Source: an uncultured Opitutales bacterium (GTDB taxonomy: Bacteria > Verrucomicrobiota > Verrucomicrobiia > Opitutales > JABDGR01). From it: DNA of 64,000 nucleotides. The notes beneath the pieces are model-generated. The model did not search any database, was not told the origin of the DNA, and saw only the letters and a list, made by a program, of their open reading frames with translations. Both the position numbers and the translations under genes were made by a program. The stretch covers positions 23,307-87,306 of the forward strand of contig CAZLPS010000008.1 of NCBI GenBank assembly GCA_964561455.1, given 5' to 3'. Below, piece by piece: positions 1 to 15,000 of this stretch (positions are counted from its first letter, which is position 1; the number at the start of each line of letters is the position of its first letter).

Positions 1-3000
1 TGGCAATGTTGTTAATCGGGCTGCCGCTCAACGCCGCGGAGAAGGTGGTGCTCGCGCCATTGCCGCCCTCCGTCAAAGTCACCGCCTGGCCGGCCGTGGT
101 CGCCAGTGCGAGCGCCGAGGTCAGATTCAGCGCACCCATGGTGACGGAGGTGATATTGGGCGCAAATTGCACAATACCGGCGGCGGGGATGTAATTGAGG
201 GTCGAGTTTTGCAGGGCCAGGGAGTTGGCCACGATCAGCGTGCCAGCCGTGATATTGGTGGTGCCGGCAAAGGTGTTTGCGCCGCTCAGAGTCAGTATGC
301 CGGCGCTCACCCCGTTCGCCGTGGTCACGTTGGTTGCGGTCACCAAACCGACGCCGGCGCCGACCGGGGTCGTTGCCGTAATCAGGCTCGTATTGCCATT
401 GATGGCCTGGGCAACTTGTGCCGCCGTGGAACTAATCGTGGCGTCCGTGCCACCCGTAAGCGCCGTGATGGGCCGGGCCGCGACCAGGCCGGAGCCATCG
501 TTGGCAGGTACGTTGGCCACGGTGAACAAGGCGCCAGCGGCCGTGCCGTTGGTGAAGCTGGCATTGCCGATATTGGACGAGATGCTCGCCGCCGTGGACG
601 TGATATTGCCGCCGCCGTCCGTGGCCAGATTGATGATCAGATTATTGCCCGTGACGTTGAAGCTGAGCGCGGAATTGGGCGAGCCGGGATTGACAAACGT
701 AACGTTGCTCAAATTGGCCCCCGGGGTGCCCGCGGCCAACTTCGTCGTGAAAATGAGGTTCGAGTTCGGCAGCGGGAAGGTGGTGGTGGTCGAAGCGTTC
801 GCAGGTACGGTGGTCGCATTCGTGGCCAAACTTACCGTGATAATGTTGCCCGACGGCGTAACCGTGAGCAGCGAATTGGTGGTCTCCGGATTAACCAGTT
901 TGACGATAATGCCATTGCCCGTGGCGTTGAGCGAGGAAGTCGAAGTATAAGTGATGTTCCCGTTGGTTGCGCCGACGGAAGCCGCCGTGGCCGTCACGCC
1001 GTTGGCCCCCTGAATGGCGAGATTGCCCGGGCCGCCGATGGGCGACGCCAGCGTCAATTGATTGGCATTCAGATTGAAGATGGTGGAATTGCCCAGCTGG
1101 ATCGCATTGGTGAGCAGCGCGGAAATGTCCACCGGGGCGTTCCATTGCAGGGTACCGCCATTGCTGACGATCTGGCCGGTGCCGAAGCTGTTGGCCTGGT
1201 TGAACGCCACGGTCGCGCCCGAGCTGGCTGTGCCAATCGTGGTACCGCCGGTATAGTTGTTGTTGGCGCCGCTCAACGTCACAGTGCCATTGATGACGTT
1301 CAAACTGCCCGGCTTGGTAACGTTGCCGATTTGCACATTACCCGAGAGGTTCAACCCGCCGCTGCTGGTAATGTTGCCGATGAAGCTCAAATTGCCGCCC
1401 AAATTCAGCGTGCCGGAGTTCACCTTGAAGAAATCGGACCCGGCGTTCGGGCCGGTAAGGTTGCCGGTGTAGGTTGTCGTGACCGTATTGTTGCCCAGCG
1501 TCAGCGCGACAGCGCCCGCGGTCGAGGTCATCGCGATGTCCTGGTTGCCGGAGAATTCGCCAATGGTGACATTGGAAAGACTGCCGAAGCTCACCGTGCC
1601 GTTGGCGGAAGTATTGCCGACGATCATGTTCAGCGTCGTATTGGCGAGGGCCGTATTGCTGGCCAGCACCAATTTCGCGCCCTGGGCCACGTAGGTGTTC
1701 CCACTCAGCGTGTTGGCGCCGGACAACGTCAGCGTGCGGGTGGCGGCATTATTTTGCAGTACAAACATGTTGCCGGACCCCGTGATGGTATTGGCCACCG
1801 TGACATCCGCCGCTTCGTTGAAGATCACATTGCCCGTGACGGCCAAGACCGACCCGGCGGCGATGCTGCCGAAACTGCCGTTGCCGATTTGCAAAGTGCC
1901 TTGGGACACCGTGGTGTTGCCTGTGTAGGTATTGGCGCCGGTGAGCGTCAGCGTGTTGGGCGCGGCGGCCAGACCGCCCGAGAGATTGGCCACCACCGTG
2001 GGTGTAACCAAACCCGTACCGTCATTGCCGGGCGCCAGTGCCGTCGTGACCAATCCCGTAACGGTGCTGTTAGCCTGCAAGAGCGCCAGCACTTGCGCCG
2101 CCGTGGTCGAAAGCACCCCCGCATTGGTCCCATTGGTCAGCGCGGTGGGCGCCAACACCGTCACCACTCCCGCACCATTGCTGGTCAGCGGCACTGAGGC
2201 CGTCAAGACGGCATTTGCCGTGGCGTTGCCGTTGATGGCCGCGGCCACCAGCGCGGCGGTGGCGGCGGCGGCGTTAATGCCAATATTCGCCCCATTCGCG
2301 AGCGGCGCCGAAATGGGACTGACGAATCCGGTGCCGTTGCTGACGCCAGTGTTCGAGGCCAGCAACACCGAATTCACCACCGAATTTCCGTTAAGCAGGG
2401 TGATGATTGAAAGCGCGGTGGCATTGCTGACACTATTGGTGCCGGACAAATTAACGATAATATTGCTGGTGGTCGAGCTGGCCGAAATATTGGAAACCGC
2501 CAGCGTACCCGAGGAAATATAGGTGACGTTGACCAAGTTCGACGCCGTGCCCGGCGACTTCGCCGTCAGGGTAATGTTGCCGTTGGACGCACCGACGGTG
2601 GCCAGCGACGCATTGGTCCCGGCCAGGGTCGGCAGCGAGACAATAATGTTCGTGGCCGTCGAAAGGCTCGAAATGGCGAGCGCGGAATTGATCACGCCGG
2701 GATTGATGTAGCTCACGGTCACGCCGTTCGGCACTGTGCCGGAATTCTTGGCCATGAAGACCAAGTCAGCATTGGTCACACCCAGATTCGTGGTCAGATT
2801 CGCGTTGTGGCCCGTGCTATCCGTGGGCAAATTGACTGTGATGTTATTGGCATTCACCGCCACCCCGAGCGGCGAGTTTTGGATGCCGGGGTTGACGTAG
2901 GTGATGTTAATCGTGTTGCCCACGACGCCCGCTGCCGTCGCCTTGAAGAGGAGGTTCGCGTTGGCGCCCAGCGTCGTGGTGTTCGCGGCCGACACTGCCG

Positions 3001-6000
3001 GCGTCACGCCGTTTTGATTGATGCCGCCGGTGCCCAGCACCACGTTGCCATATACCATGTCCGCCGGTTCCGCAAAAGCCAGGGTGGACACCGTGCTGAG
3101 GGTCGCGTTCGCATTGGGGACGCTGTTGACCACCACATTCCCGACCACCATGCCGAAGCTCGTGGCGTTGCCCAATTGCAGGGTGCCGTTGTTCACGGTG
3201 ACATTGGAGCTGCTGAGCGACGTGGTAAAGGGGCTGGTGCCCGCCGCCAGCGTCGCGCCGCCCGCGAGGGTGAAGGTGCCGGACCCAGTCATGACCAAAG
3301 CGGCGGGGCCGCTGGTGGAGGTGAGGAGTCCACTAAAGGTGCTGCTCACGTTGCCGTTGCCCACGGTCAGCGTCAGATTGGAAATATCGAGGTTCTTGTT
3401 GCCATTAATGCCACCGATCCCGGCGGAGGTGAGCGAACCAAAGCTGAGATTGCCAATGTTTCCACCGGTATTGTAACCGATGATGTTCGAGGTGAGCAGC
3501 GCCGTGGCATTGCCCAATACTAAATTACCCGGCGCCACCGTGGCCGCGGGCGACGTGCCGTTAAACAACACCGTCGTAATCGTGCCATTCACGCCATTCC
3601 CCGCCAAGGTCAGGCTGGAGCCCGTGGACACACCGCCGGCCAGGTTGGTGGCCGCGGTGGGCGTTACCACGCCCGACCCGTTACTCCCAGTCACATTGGC
3701 CGCCGTGATCAAGGCCGCGACGGCGGTGCCGTTGGTAAATGAAACGTTGCCGATATTGCTGGCGATGCTCAAGGCGGTCGAAGTGACCACGGCATCTGCG
3801 CCACCGGTCAGGAACGTTGCCGAAGCCGGCACGACGACCCCGGCGCCAGGGCCCGTGGGCGTAACCAGGGCGCTGGCCGCGGTGCTGGCAATAATATTCG
3901 CAGTGATGTTCGCCGCCGTCATGGTTGGCGCCACATTGCCAAAAGCGTCCGTGGCCAAATTCACCTTGATGGCCGTGCCGTTGACCTGCACCGAGATCGG
4001 GGTGTTGTTGCCGGCCTGGACATAGCTGATGCTGGTGTTATTGCCCGCCACGCCAAGGGTCTTGGCCGTGAACGTGACTTGCCCGATACCGGTGCCGAGG
4101 GAATTGGCGGCCGCCAAACCACCGCTCGCGGCGGTGGCGAGATTGACCGTGATCGCATTGCCGGTGACCGCAAAACTGAGCGGCGAGTTGTTGATCTGGG
4201 GATTTACGTAGGAAATGCTGATATTGTTGCCCAGCATGCCCGTCAGCGTGTTGTTGGTGGCATTGGCGGTAAACAACAAGGCGTTGTTGCTCGGCACTGA
4301 GCCGATCGCCTTGGTCGCCACGGACGTATTGGCGTAACCATTTTGGATGAGCGTGCCCGCCCCGTTGATGAGCTGGCTAAACGTGGTGGCCCCAAAATTG
4401 TTAAAGACAAAAGTTCCGTTCAATGCCACCGCGACCGCGCCTTGCAACAGGCCGTCATGGGCGGCCGTGCGCCCATCGCCCAACTGAATGGTGCCATTCG
4501 CGTTGACGGTGGTGGTACCCGTATAAGTATTCTGGGCGGTCAGCACCAGGGTCGAGTTCGGCCCGTTTTGGGTCAACTGGCCAGCGGTGCCGGAGATCAG
4601 CGCCGCTTCCGTAAACACGCCCGGCGCTTCGTTGAAGACAATGTTGCCGCCGTCCTGGATGCTAGTGCTCGCCAGCGAGCCATTGGCCGTTTGATTACCC
4701 AGCGTAATTCCGCCCGCCCCTATCAACGTCGTCCCAGTAAAGGTCTGAGCACCGACCAGCGTCAAACTGGCAGTGCCGGATTTGTTCAACTGGCTGCCGA
4801 CTCCCGAAAGTGTGCCGTTATAGGTTGTGGCGGCACTGTTATTGCCCACCGTGAGCACAATCGGCGCGCCGGAGGTGTCCACCATGGTGATATTGCCGTT
4901 GCCACTCAAACCACCCAAGGCCACCGACAGGGCCGCGCCGGTGCCAAACTGCAAAATGCCGGTCACACTGGCATTCGACGCGTAGGTCTGACCAACCAGC
5001 GCCGTGGTGCTATTGGCGATGATATTTCCTGCCGTCGGCAAAATGGATGTCGTGCCGGTGAAAGAATTGCTCCCGCCGACGATCACGTCACCGGACCCGG
5101 CTTCAATCAGATTGCCGTTGCCGGAAATGTTGTTGATCAGGTTGTATTTGTTCCCGGCTCCCAGCGCCGACGAAGTCACATTGATGGTGAGATTGGAGAA
5201 ATTGCCGGCGGTTCCAAAATTGCTGCTGTTACCAGAGAGGAAGATGTTCCCCGCGACACTGCCAATACCGGAAGCACCGTCTCCCATTTGCAGAGTGCGG
5301 GTGTTGAAGGAGGTGCTATTCGTGAAGGTGCCAACGGTCGTTTGACCGATATAAGTGCTGTTTCCGGTCAGGATGAGCTTAAAACCGCTGCTCGGCAGGA
5401 GATTGACGCCGGAAACGGAGGTGCCGTTGGTCGGCGTCGTGCCGGAAATGGATCCGGCCAGCGTGAAATTCGCCCCCGTGGCGATATTAAGAGTGTTGCT
5501 GTTTTCGTTGCCCAGCGTGATGCCCAATGCGCTGAGGTCATAAGTCGATGTAGAGGGCCAGGTGATTTGACCGCCATTCAAAAAGATTGGTCCGGTGCCG
5601 AAATTCGTTTGCGCGCTGCTGGTCGCCTGGAACGCGATGGTACCGCCGTTTTGAATTATTGTGCCACCAGTGTAGCTGCTCAGGGAACCGCCAATGGTCA
5701 GGGTGGCATTGCCAGCCTTGATCAGCGAACCGCTGCCCGTAAAGTTGCCCGTATAAGTCATGTTGTTGTTTTGCGCGCCGACCGTCAACGCCACCGGGCC
5801 GCCCAGATTATTGTTCAGGGAAATGTCGCGATTGCCGTTCAGCACTGCGATGAACGCCGCGCTGACGGGCAGGCTCACCGTGCTGTTGGCAAAACCGAAG
5901 GCAAGGATGCCTTGGGTCGTGGTGTCGTAGGTTAACGAGGTGCGGGCCAGCGCGTTCGGGTTGCCCACCACCAACGTACCAAACTGAATCGAGGTGCCGC

Positions 6001-9000
6001 CAGTGTAGGTGTTGTTGCCGGCCAGAATCAAATTCGTGCCGGGCGCGCCGAGGGCGGTGGAACCGGTGGCCGACACCACGCCCGCGCCATTCGATCCCGT
6101 CGCCAGCACCGGCGTAATCAGGGCTAAAATGGCCGTGCTGTTGGGGCCGGTGGTTAACGCATTCAAAACTTGGGTGGCGTTCGCATTTACCACGCCGGTG
6201 CCGCTGGTGCCCAGCGTCACCGTTATCGCATTGCCCGACACGGCGGCCGTCGTGCCGGTGTTGTTGCCGACGCCGTTCACATAGGCAATGGTAATGTTGG
6301 TGCCCGCGGTGCCGGCAAATGTGGTATTCGCCGTGTAACTCAAAGCCGAACCGGCCCTGGCATTACCCGTATTCAAAGTGTAAAGTGGCGCCGTCAGGTT
6401 CAACGGAGCCTGCGCCGTCAACGTGCCGGTGCCGTTCGAGCCAAGCGCCAGATTCGGCGTCACGAGGGCAAACGCATTGGGCGAAGCCAGGATGGCGGCC
6501 ACCACCGCCGCCGCGGTGTTATTGCCCGCCCCAGTACCGAGGTCCACCATGACCACATTGCCACTGACCGTCGCCGTGGCCGTCGTGTTGGTGCCCGAGG
6601 CCGTAAACTGCACGGCGACGTTCGCACCGGCCGCGCCAATATTACTCGGGGTGGCCGTGAACGTCAGGCCGGTCCCGTTGGCCGCCGAACCGGTGGTCAG
6701 TGAATAAATGCCGCTGGCATTCTGGCCGGCTTGTGTAACCGCACCGCCGCCGGACAGGATGGCTGAATAAAGAATGTCCAGTGGCTCGTTGAATTTCAAG
6801 GTGCCCGAATTGGTCAAGGGCGAATTGACCAGGAAGCCCGGCGTGGTGCCGTTGCCCAGTTGCAGCGTGCCGCCGGAATTATTCGTGGTTGGACCGGTGT
6901 AGGTATTGTTGCCCACCAGGGTCAGGCTGCCGCCGCCCGCGCGGATGACGCCGGCGACACCCGTCAATGGCGTGGACAATTGCACGTTGCTGCCGTTGGT
7001 ATCCAATGTGTCAATGTCGTTGGTGGGTCCGGCAATGAGGTTGGGATTCAGCACCAGGGAGATGTCCGTCGCCGTGCCGGTGGCCCATTGGATGCCGCCG
7101 CCCAGGAGATTCAGGCTGTACGTTCCGCCGCTCAGCGAAGTTGCGCCCAGCGCCGCCACCGTGCCGTTGCCAGCGCTGGTGGAGGTGTTGGCGGCCGTCA
7201 ACATGGCGTTCGCCGTGGCATTGCCGTTGATCAATTGGATGATCGAGGCCGCCGTCGCATTGCTCGTCCCGCCGGTATTGGACAAATTGACGGTGATGGT
7301 GTTGCCCACGATGGACAAATTCGAAACGGCCTGGCCGACATTCGCCGTCGAGTACGCGATGGTGATGTTGTTGGAGGGCGTACCCGGGACATCGGAGGTA
7401 AAGGTAATGCCATTGTTGCTCCCCACGGAACCCGTGCTCAGCGCCGCGTTAATCGCATTGCCAAAGCTCTTGATCGAGTTGAAATTAATCTTTCCGGCGT
7501 CAACGAAGGTGCCGCCCGTGAACGTATTGATGCCCGTGAGGGTCAACGTGCCGTTGCCGACTTTGATCAGCGAGCCATTGCCGCTGGTGTTGCCGGAAAT
7601 GATGCCACTGAAATTGCTATTCAAGTCGCCCTGGCCGATGGTCAAGGCCATTGCCCCGTTGCTGCCGTTGGCGAGGGCCAGATTGCCACTCCCGCTGATG
7701 CCACCCAAGGTTGCCGCCGACAAGGTGCCGAAACTCAGGACGCCGCCACCCGAGTTGACGCTGACAATGGCGTTTTGCAGCGCCAGCGGAACCCCGAGCA
7801 CCAGCGTGCCGCTATTCACGAATACGTTGCCGGAGAAAGTATTGTTGTTGGAAAGCGTCAGCGTCGTCGCCGTGGGATTGGCGCCATTGTTGAGGATAAA
7901 TGTGCCATTCGCGACGATGCCGGAGCCATTGCTGCCGCTGCCCAATGCCGCGTTGATAATGTTCGAAACATTCCCATTCAGGGCGTCGCGCACGTTGGTG
8001 GCATTGCTGGTGATGCCCGGGTCCACGCCGCCGAGCAAACTAAAGGTGTTCAGCGAGGAAACCGCCCCGGCGCCGGAGCTGCCGACCGCATTTGAAACCA
8101 CGACCAGATTGCCGGAGCTGGCGTTGGCGGCGATGGCCGCCGTCACATTGGCCGCCGTGGAAAGGGCCGTGTTAATGGTCGGCGTCGTGCCGCCGACCAG
8201 AGGCAGGGAACCGAGCACCGACACGACGCCGGAACCATTGCTCCCGCCCGCATTCGCGACGGTCACCAAATTGCCGGCCGCCGAGCCGTTCGCCACCGAA
8301 ATATTGCCAAACAAGCCGGCGATGCTCGTGGCCGTCGAAGTAATCGTGCCCCCGCCATTGGTCGCCAGAAACACCGTAATGGTGCTCGTGCCGCCCGCCA
8401 GGGGGACCGCGTTCGCCAGCGGCGCAACCACGCCACTGCCATTACTGGTGCTCGTATTGGCGGCGGATACCAAAGCCGCCGCCCCCGCATTCGCCGCGAT
8501 GGCGCTGATGACGTTGGCCGCCGTGGCACTAACTGCGCCGTTTACGTCGGTGCCGAGGGTGACAATCACCGTGTTGCCGCTCGCGAGGGCCGTGGTGGGC
8601 AAACTGTTGCCGTTGCCACTGACCAATTGGACCGAAACGTTGCTGCCGTAGATGCCGGCAATGCTGGCATTGGTGGAATTGGCACTGAACGTAATCCCGC
8701 TATTCGTGCCGACACTCCCCGTCGCCACACTCGCCGGGCTGGTGGCAATGGACAAGTTGGCCGTCGGATTACTCGCGCCGGGATTGGCGTACACGATAAC
8801 CACATTGCCATTATAGTTGGACGACTGCTTGGTCGAAGTATAGGTCAGGTCGGCCTGGCTCCCAAAGGTGGTGGAGGCGGTGGCATTGGCGCCGCTGTTG
8901 GCCACCGTCGCCAGATTCACGATGATGTTGTTGCCGTTCACAGTCGCGTTTACTGCCGCCTGATTGCTCAGCGGATTGGCATAAGTGATATTGATGGCAT

Positions 9001-12000
9001 TGCCGATGTTACCGAACTGGTTCGTCGTACCCGTCACGGCAGCGTTGTACGCCAAGTCGGCGTTATTGCCCAGGTTCGTCGTGACGGACGCCGCAGCGCC
9101 GTTGGCGTCCGTGGCCAGGCTCGTGGTAATGGCGGTAAGGCCATTCGTCAGGTTGCTGGCCGGCAATGCGCCGAGCACGCCGGTACCGGAGCCACTGGCT
9201 ACGACCAGCACTTGGGCGCTCGGGCTGGCATTGATGGCGGCAGAGATGTTCGCCGGCGTTTCCGTGGGGCTGACGACCCCGCCAGCGCTGGTGGCCAAAT
9301 TCACGATGATCAAATTGCCGCTGGTGGTGATGCTGCGGCTCACGGCACTGGTGGCATTGACGACATACTGCACCTGGATGCCATTGCCCAGGACGCCGTT
9401 CGTGACCGCATTGCTGGCGTTGGCCGTGTAGTTAACGGCGGTCGCGCCTGCGCCCGTCGTCAGATTGGCGGAGGAATTGGCGACCGTCACCGCCAGCGCC
9501 TGGCTGTTGGCCTCGGGGTTGACATAAGTAACCACAATGCCGTTGTTCCCCACCCCGCCGACATTGTTCGTCACATTGCCAAAAACGGCTGAGCGGATAT
9601 TCAAGCCCGTGTTGGTGATCGGCAAATTCGTGGCGTTTAGCGCCGCAACGCCCGGGTTCACGTTGATGTTGCCGTTGTCCGACAGCAGGCCGGAGAAGAT
9701 CGCGTTCGTGGGCTCATTGAAATAGAGGGTGCCGTTGGCCACAATATTGCCGGTCATGTTGCCGCCGCTGGAAGATACATTACCCAGGGAGAGCGTGCCG
9801 GTGTTGGTGGTCGTGCCGCCGGAGTAGGTGCTGGCCACATTGCCCGCCAAATAGAGGACGCCCGTGCCGCCATTGTTGAACAGCCGGGCCGAGCCGGTGA
9901 GGGGCGACTTCAGGGTGACGTCGTTGCCATTGGTGTTTAAGGTAACGCTGGTTCCCTGCAGGGCGCCGTTGGGATTCAGTATGCTCGACACGTCGGTGGT
10001 CGTGCCAGTCGCCCAGGTGAGGGTGGCATTGCTGATGGTCAGGTTGGGCGTGGCGCCGAAATTATTGTTGGCGTTAAACACGATGCTGCCGTTGGTGAGG
10101 AAGGTGGCGCCATTATAGGAATTCGGCGTTTGTAATGTCAGCGCGCCGGAACCAACCTTGGTCAGAGTTCCCTGCGTCGCGTTGCCCAAACCATGGATGT
10201 CGGTCAGCGTGCCATTAAACGTGGTGTTGACGTTGTTTTGGCCGACGGTGATGTTCACGGCGCCGGTGCCGGCGGCGTTGGAAAGATCAAGCGTGCCATT
10301 CCCCGCCAAACCGCCCAAAGTGGCATTCGAGAGCGTGCCAAAGCTCACCGAGCCGCCACCCTGCAGGATAGTCAGCGTGCTGTTTTGCAACGCCTGTGAA
10401 TTACCCAATTGCAACGTGCCGGCGGTGATGCCGGTCGGCCCGCGATAGGTATTATTTCCGGTCAGAGTCAGGACGCCACTGCCCGCCTTCGTAAAACCAG
10501 CCGGACCGGAAAACGCTTCGGACAGGGTGACATTGTTGCCGTTGGTGTCCAGCACGCTATAGTGCCCGCCGGTCGGCGTGATATTGGCGTAAGTTGTCAC
10601 ATTGGCGCTGCCGTTATTGCCCGGGGCCAGGCTGGCCGAGACCAAAGCGCTGGCGGTGGCATTGCCGTTGATCAACGCGGTAATGTTCGTGGCGGTGGCG
10701 TTTGCTCCTGCGTTGCTGCCATTACCCGCCGCAACAATTACGATATTAGTTCCGTTGATTTGCAAAACGGACGAGTTGGCAGCGTTGTCAAAGGTAACGC
10801 TTATGTTGACGAGATTGTTGCCGTTGGCGCCGGCCACGAGCGAGTTGGTCCCATTGGCGGTGAACACGATGGCGTTATTGAGTGCTCCGGGTGATGTAAC
10901 GCTGGCGTTGAAGCCATTGATGACGGGATTCAACTGGCTGGCCGGGTCAAGCGTGGTGCCCAAGCCCCATTGCAAACCGCCGCCCGCCAGGGAGATGCTG
11001 CTCGGGCCAAAGTTGTTCAATGAATTGAAATTAATCAGGCCGCCGGTGATTACCGTGCCGCCCGTATATTTGTTGGGCACATTGAAGGTCAGCGTGCCAT
11101 TGCCGGCCTTGACGAACGTGCCGTTGCCGCTGACCGGCGTGTTGAAGGCAACGTTGTTGTTATTGGTGTCAAACGTGTCGTTGCCCGAATTCGGCGTGAT
11201 GTTGCCGATAATTCCCCCAAACGGACCCTTCAGGAAGGCGGAGATATCGGTCGTCGTCCCCGTCGCCCATTGCAGGCCGCCATTAAAGAGCACCAAGTTG
11301 CCGCCGCCAAAATTGGACCCATTGGTGAAGTTGATCAGGCCGCCCTTGATCGTGGTGCCGCCGGTAAAGGTGTTGGTGCCGCTGAGCGAGAGAATGCCCG
11401 TACCCGTCTTCAACAAACTCCCGGAACCGAAAAGCACCCCGCTATACACCGGAGAGTTTTGGAAGCCACCGATGTTCAGTGTGACGGCATTGCCGCTAAT
11501 CGGGTTGGTCAAGGGGATGTTTTGGTTGCCGCTCAAGCCGCCAAGGGTGAAACTCGTGAGGCTCCCGTAGTTGAATAGTCCATTATTATAGACCAGCGTG
11601 GCGTTCGCAATGGCGTTGGCGCCGGTGATGGCCAGGGTCCCGCCGGCGATCACCACATTGCCATTGAAGGAGTTGGTGTTGCTGAGCGTCAACGTGGTGG
11701 CCACGGCAATTGAGCCACCGGTGAGGTTCGTAACAACCGCCGGGGCCAATAGTCCCGTTCCACTATTGCCCGGGGCCAGCGCGGCATTGATGATGGCCGA
11801 CGCCGAAACGCTGCCCGTGACACTGGTGTTGCTCAATCCCGCCAGTAAACTATTTGCCGTGGTGGTGACGTTCGGATTCGCGCCGCCGGTCAGATTCGTG
11901 GCGACCAGCGGGTTCACCTGGCCGTTGCCATTCCCGGCCACGGTCGTCGTAACCAAAGTCGCGGCGACCGCATCCACCGCCGTTTTAACCGCACTTGCGG

Positions 12001-15000
12001 TATTTGCCGCCGTAACGCTGCCGGTGTTGCCGCTGGCCAGGGAGGTGGCGGCGGTGGGCACAATGACGCCCGTGCCCGTGCCCGTGGCCGAGACCAACGC
12101 CGTCAAAGTGGTGTTGGCCGCGATCGCAGCGGCAAGAGTCGCGGCGGTCGTGCTAATGGTCGGTTCCGTGCCCCCGGTAAGACTTTGATTGAGGATGGAA
12201 GCGGTCGTATTCGTCGCCGTCACCAGTCCAACACCCGTGCTGGCACCGGTGTTGGTCGGTGTGATGAGCGCCGCCGCCGCCGGCACCGCCGTGAGGGCTG
12301 CAATGACTTGCGCGGCCGTCGTCGTGATGCCGCCGGTACCGTCCGTGGCCAAACTTACATTGATGACATTGCCCGAGACACTGACCGCCAGCGGCTTGTT
12401 GGCCGCACCCGGATTAATATAGCTCACCTTCGGGCCGCCACTCGCGCCATTTTGGGCGGTGCCCAACAGTTTGGACGTATAAGTGACATTACCGTTGGCG
12501 GAACCGGTCGTCGCCAGGGTGGAGTTGGTGCCGGTGGCGGCAGTCGTGGCCAAGTTGACGATAATACCCGTCGTGCCGTTTAAACTAAAGCTGAGTGCCG
12601 CGCCGGCAGTTTCCGGATTCACGTACGTGACGTTAATGGAATTGCCCACCGTTCCACCGAATCCCGTCGTATTGGCCGTGTAAAGAATGCCCGAGCCGGT
12701 GCCCGTCGTGCCACCCGCGCCAATGGTTTGGCTGGCCGTGGCATAACCCGTGGTGGCGAGGGTCACCGTGATGGCATTGCCGCTGATGGCCGCGACCGGC
12801 AAGCCGGTGGTGGTGGCATTCGCATTGACATAAGTGACGGTAATGCCATTGCCCGCAGCGCCGTATTTGGTGCCCGTATTCGCCGTGTAAGTAATGTCCG
12901 AATTGCCGCCGAAAGCGGTGGTGAGCGCAGCCCCGCTACCCGTGTTGTCCGTCGCCAGATTCACGGTGACACCATTCCCGGACACTCCGAAACTCAACGA
13001 TTGATTGTTGGCGGTGGCAATGTTGGTGAAACCCGTGGCAAAAGTAACATTCGCGCTGTTGCCCGCGGTGCCGACGCCCGATGCCGCCGTAAAGATAATG
13101 TCATTGTTCAGGCCCGGCATCGTCGTCGTGTACGACGCCGTTTGGCCGCCCGTCGCAGTCTGGGTCACAACGCCATTACCGGAAAGAATCCCACTAAAGG
13201 TAATATTGCTGGGCTCCGCAAAGACAACCGATGCAATGTCGGAAATATTATAGGCTATGGACGTGGCGGCCACCGAAGGCAAACCGCCCGCATTTGAGAA
13301 ATTGCCCAATTGCAAGGTGCCGGCATTGGCGTTCACAGTGGCGGAGGCCGTCCCGACGTTCAGATTAACGGTATTCGCAAACGTCAAGGTGCCCGTGCCG
13401 GACTTGGTCAGGGAAACATTGCTGTTGGTGCCGGTGCTGGCGTTCAATCCGATCGCAGCCAGCGTGATGTTGTTGCCATTGGTATTAAATGTGGCATTGC
13501 CAATGTTGTTGCCCGAGGCCGCCGCCAGGCGGGGGGTGAAGTCACCGTTGTCCCCCGAGGTGCTCAGGTAATTGGTCGCCCATTGCAGCCCGCCACCCGT
13601 GATGTTAAAGCTGTTCGCCGCAGTATTGGCGCCCATGGCCCCCAAATTGCCAAAATTAATTTGGCCGCCGGTGATACTGGTATTTCCCGTAAAGGTGTTG
13701 TTTTGCGTGAGCGTCAGCGTGCCGCCGCCGTTCTTGGTCAAATTGCCCGGGCCGGTCAAAACTCCCGTATAAGTATTGTTGCTGCCGCGACCGCCAATCG
13801 AGAGGGTGATGCCCGCGCCGGTGGTATTGGCCAGCGCCACGTTCTGGTTGCCGCTCAAACCACCGAACGACGCCGAGGTCAGGGTGCCAAAGCTCAACAG
13901 CCCGCCGCCAACATTATAAGTGAGGGTGCTGTTGCCCATCGCCGACGAATTGTTCATCGTGATGGTGCCGGTCGTGATGGACGATGCCCCCGTGAAGCTG
14001 CTGCCGCCCGATAAGGTCAAATTGGTGGTGGCATTGCTGCCGCCGCCCAAATTCGAGGTGAGCGCAGCCGTGATCGGCCCGGTGCCGTCCGTGGTCCCAG
14101 CGGCAAAAGTGGGCACTTGAATCAGCGCCTGCACCGTCGCATTGGTCAAGGTCGCCTTGACGCTCGCCGCCGTGGAGGTAATGGTCGAATTGGCGCCAGC
14201 GATGGTCGAGCCGAGGGTGATATTAGCTGTGGAGGGCGTGGGTGCCAGAATGCCCTGGCCGAGGGTGCCGTTTGACGGCAGTTGGGCCGTCAACAGGGTA
14301 TTAACCGTGATATTGTTCTGAATCAGGTTCGCCACCTGCAAAGCCGTGGCATTCACCACTCCGGTCCCGTTGGTGCCTAAAGTAACTGTAATGAGATTGC
14401 CGGTCAGGGCGAGGGTGGACGGGGCATTGTTCCCGGTACCGGCGATATACTTGATCGTAAGGTTGTTGGCGTTGGTGCCGGCCGACGTGGCGGTGTATTC
14501 AATGTCCGCGTTCGCGCCAAAAGTCGTGGTCGTGCTCGCCACCGCCCCACTGTTATTCGTCGCCAGGGTCACAACAATGTTGGTGCCGTTGACGGTGACG
14601 CCTTCCGCCGCGTTGTTCGACCCGGTGTAGGCAAAGGTGACGTTAATGGCATTGCCTGCCGCATTGAGAAAATTCGTGGTGTTGGCGTTGAGGACGAGGT
14701 TATTATTTGTACCGCTAAATGCCGTGGTCAGCGAGGCGTTGGCGTTGAAGCCCGAGTCCACTTTGTTGAATGTGCCGTTGCCACCGATGCCCGAGGTGAA
14801 GTTGAAGTTGCCCGCTTCCTGGAAAACGAGTGCGCCGTTGTCCGTGACGCCGCCAGCCACCGACCCATTGGAAGTGCCATTGCCGAAGAAAATCGTGCCG
14901 CCGGGGTTGACCTGCGTGGTGCCGGTGTACGTTTGAATCGTCGGCATGGTCAGGATGTTGTTGCTTACCTGCGTTACGCCACCCGAGCCGGTAATATTGT

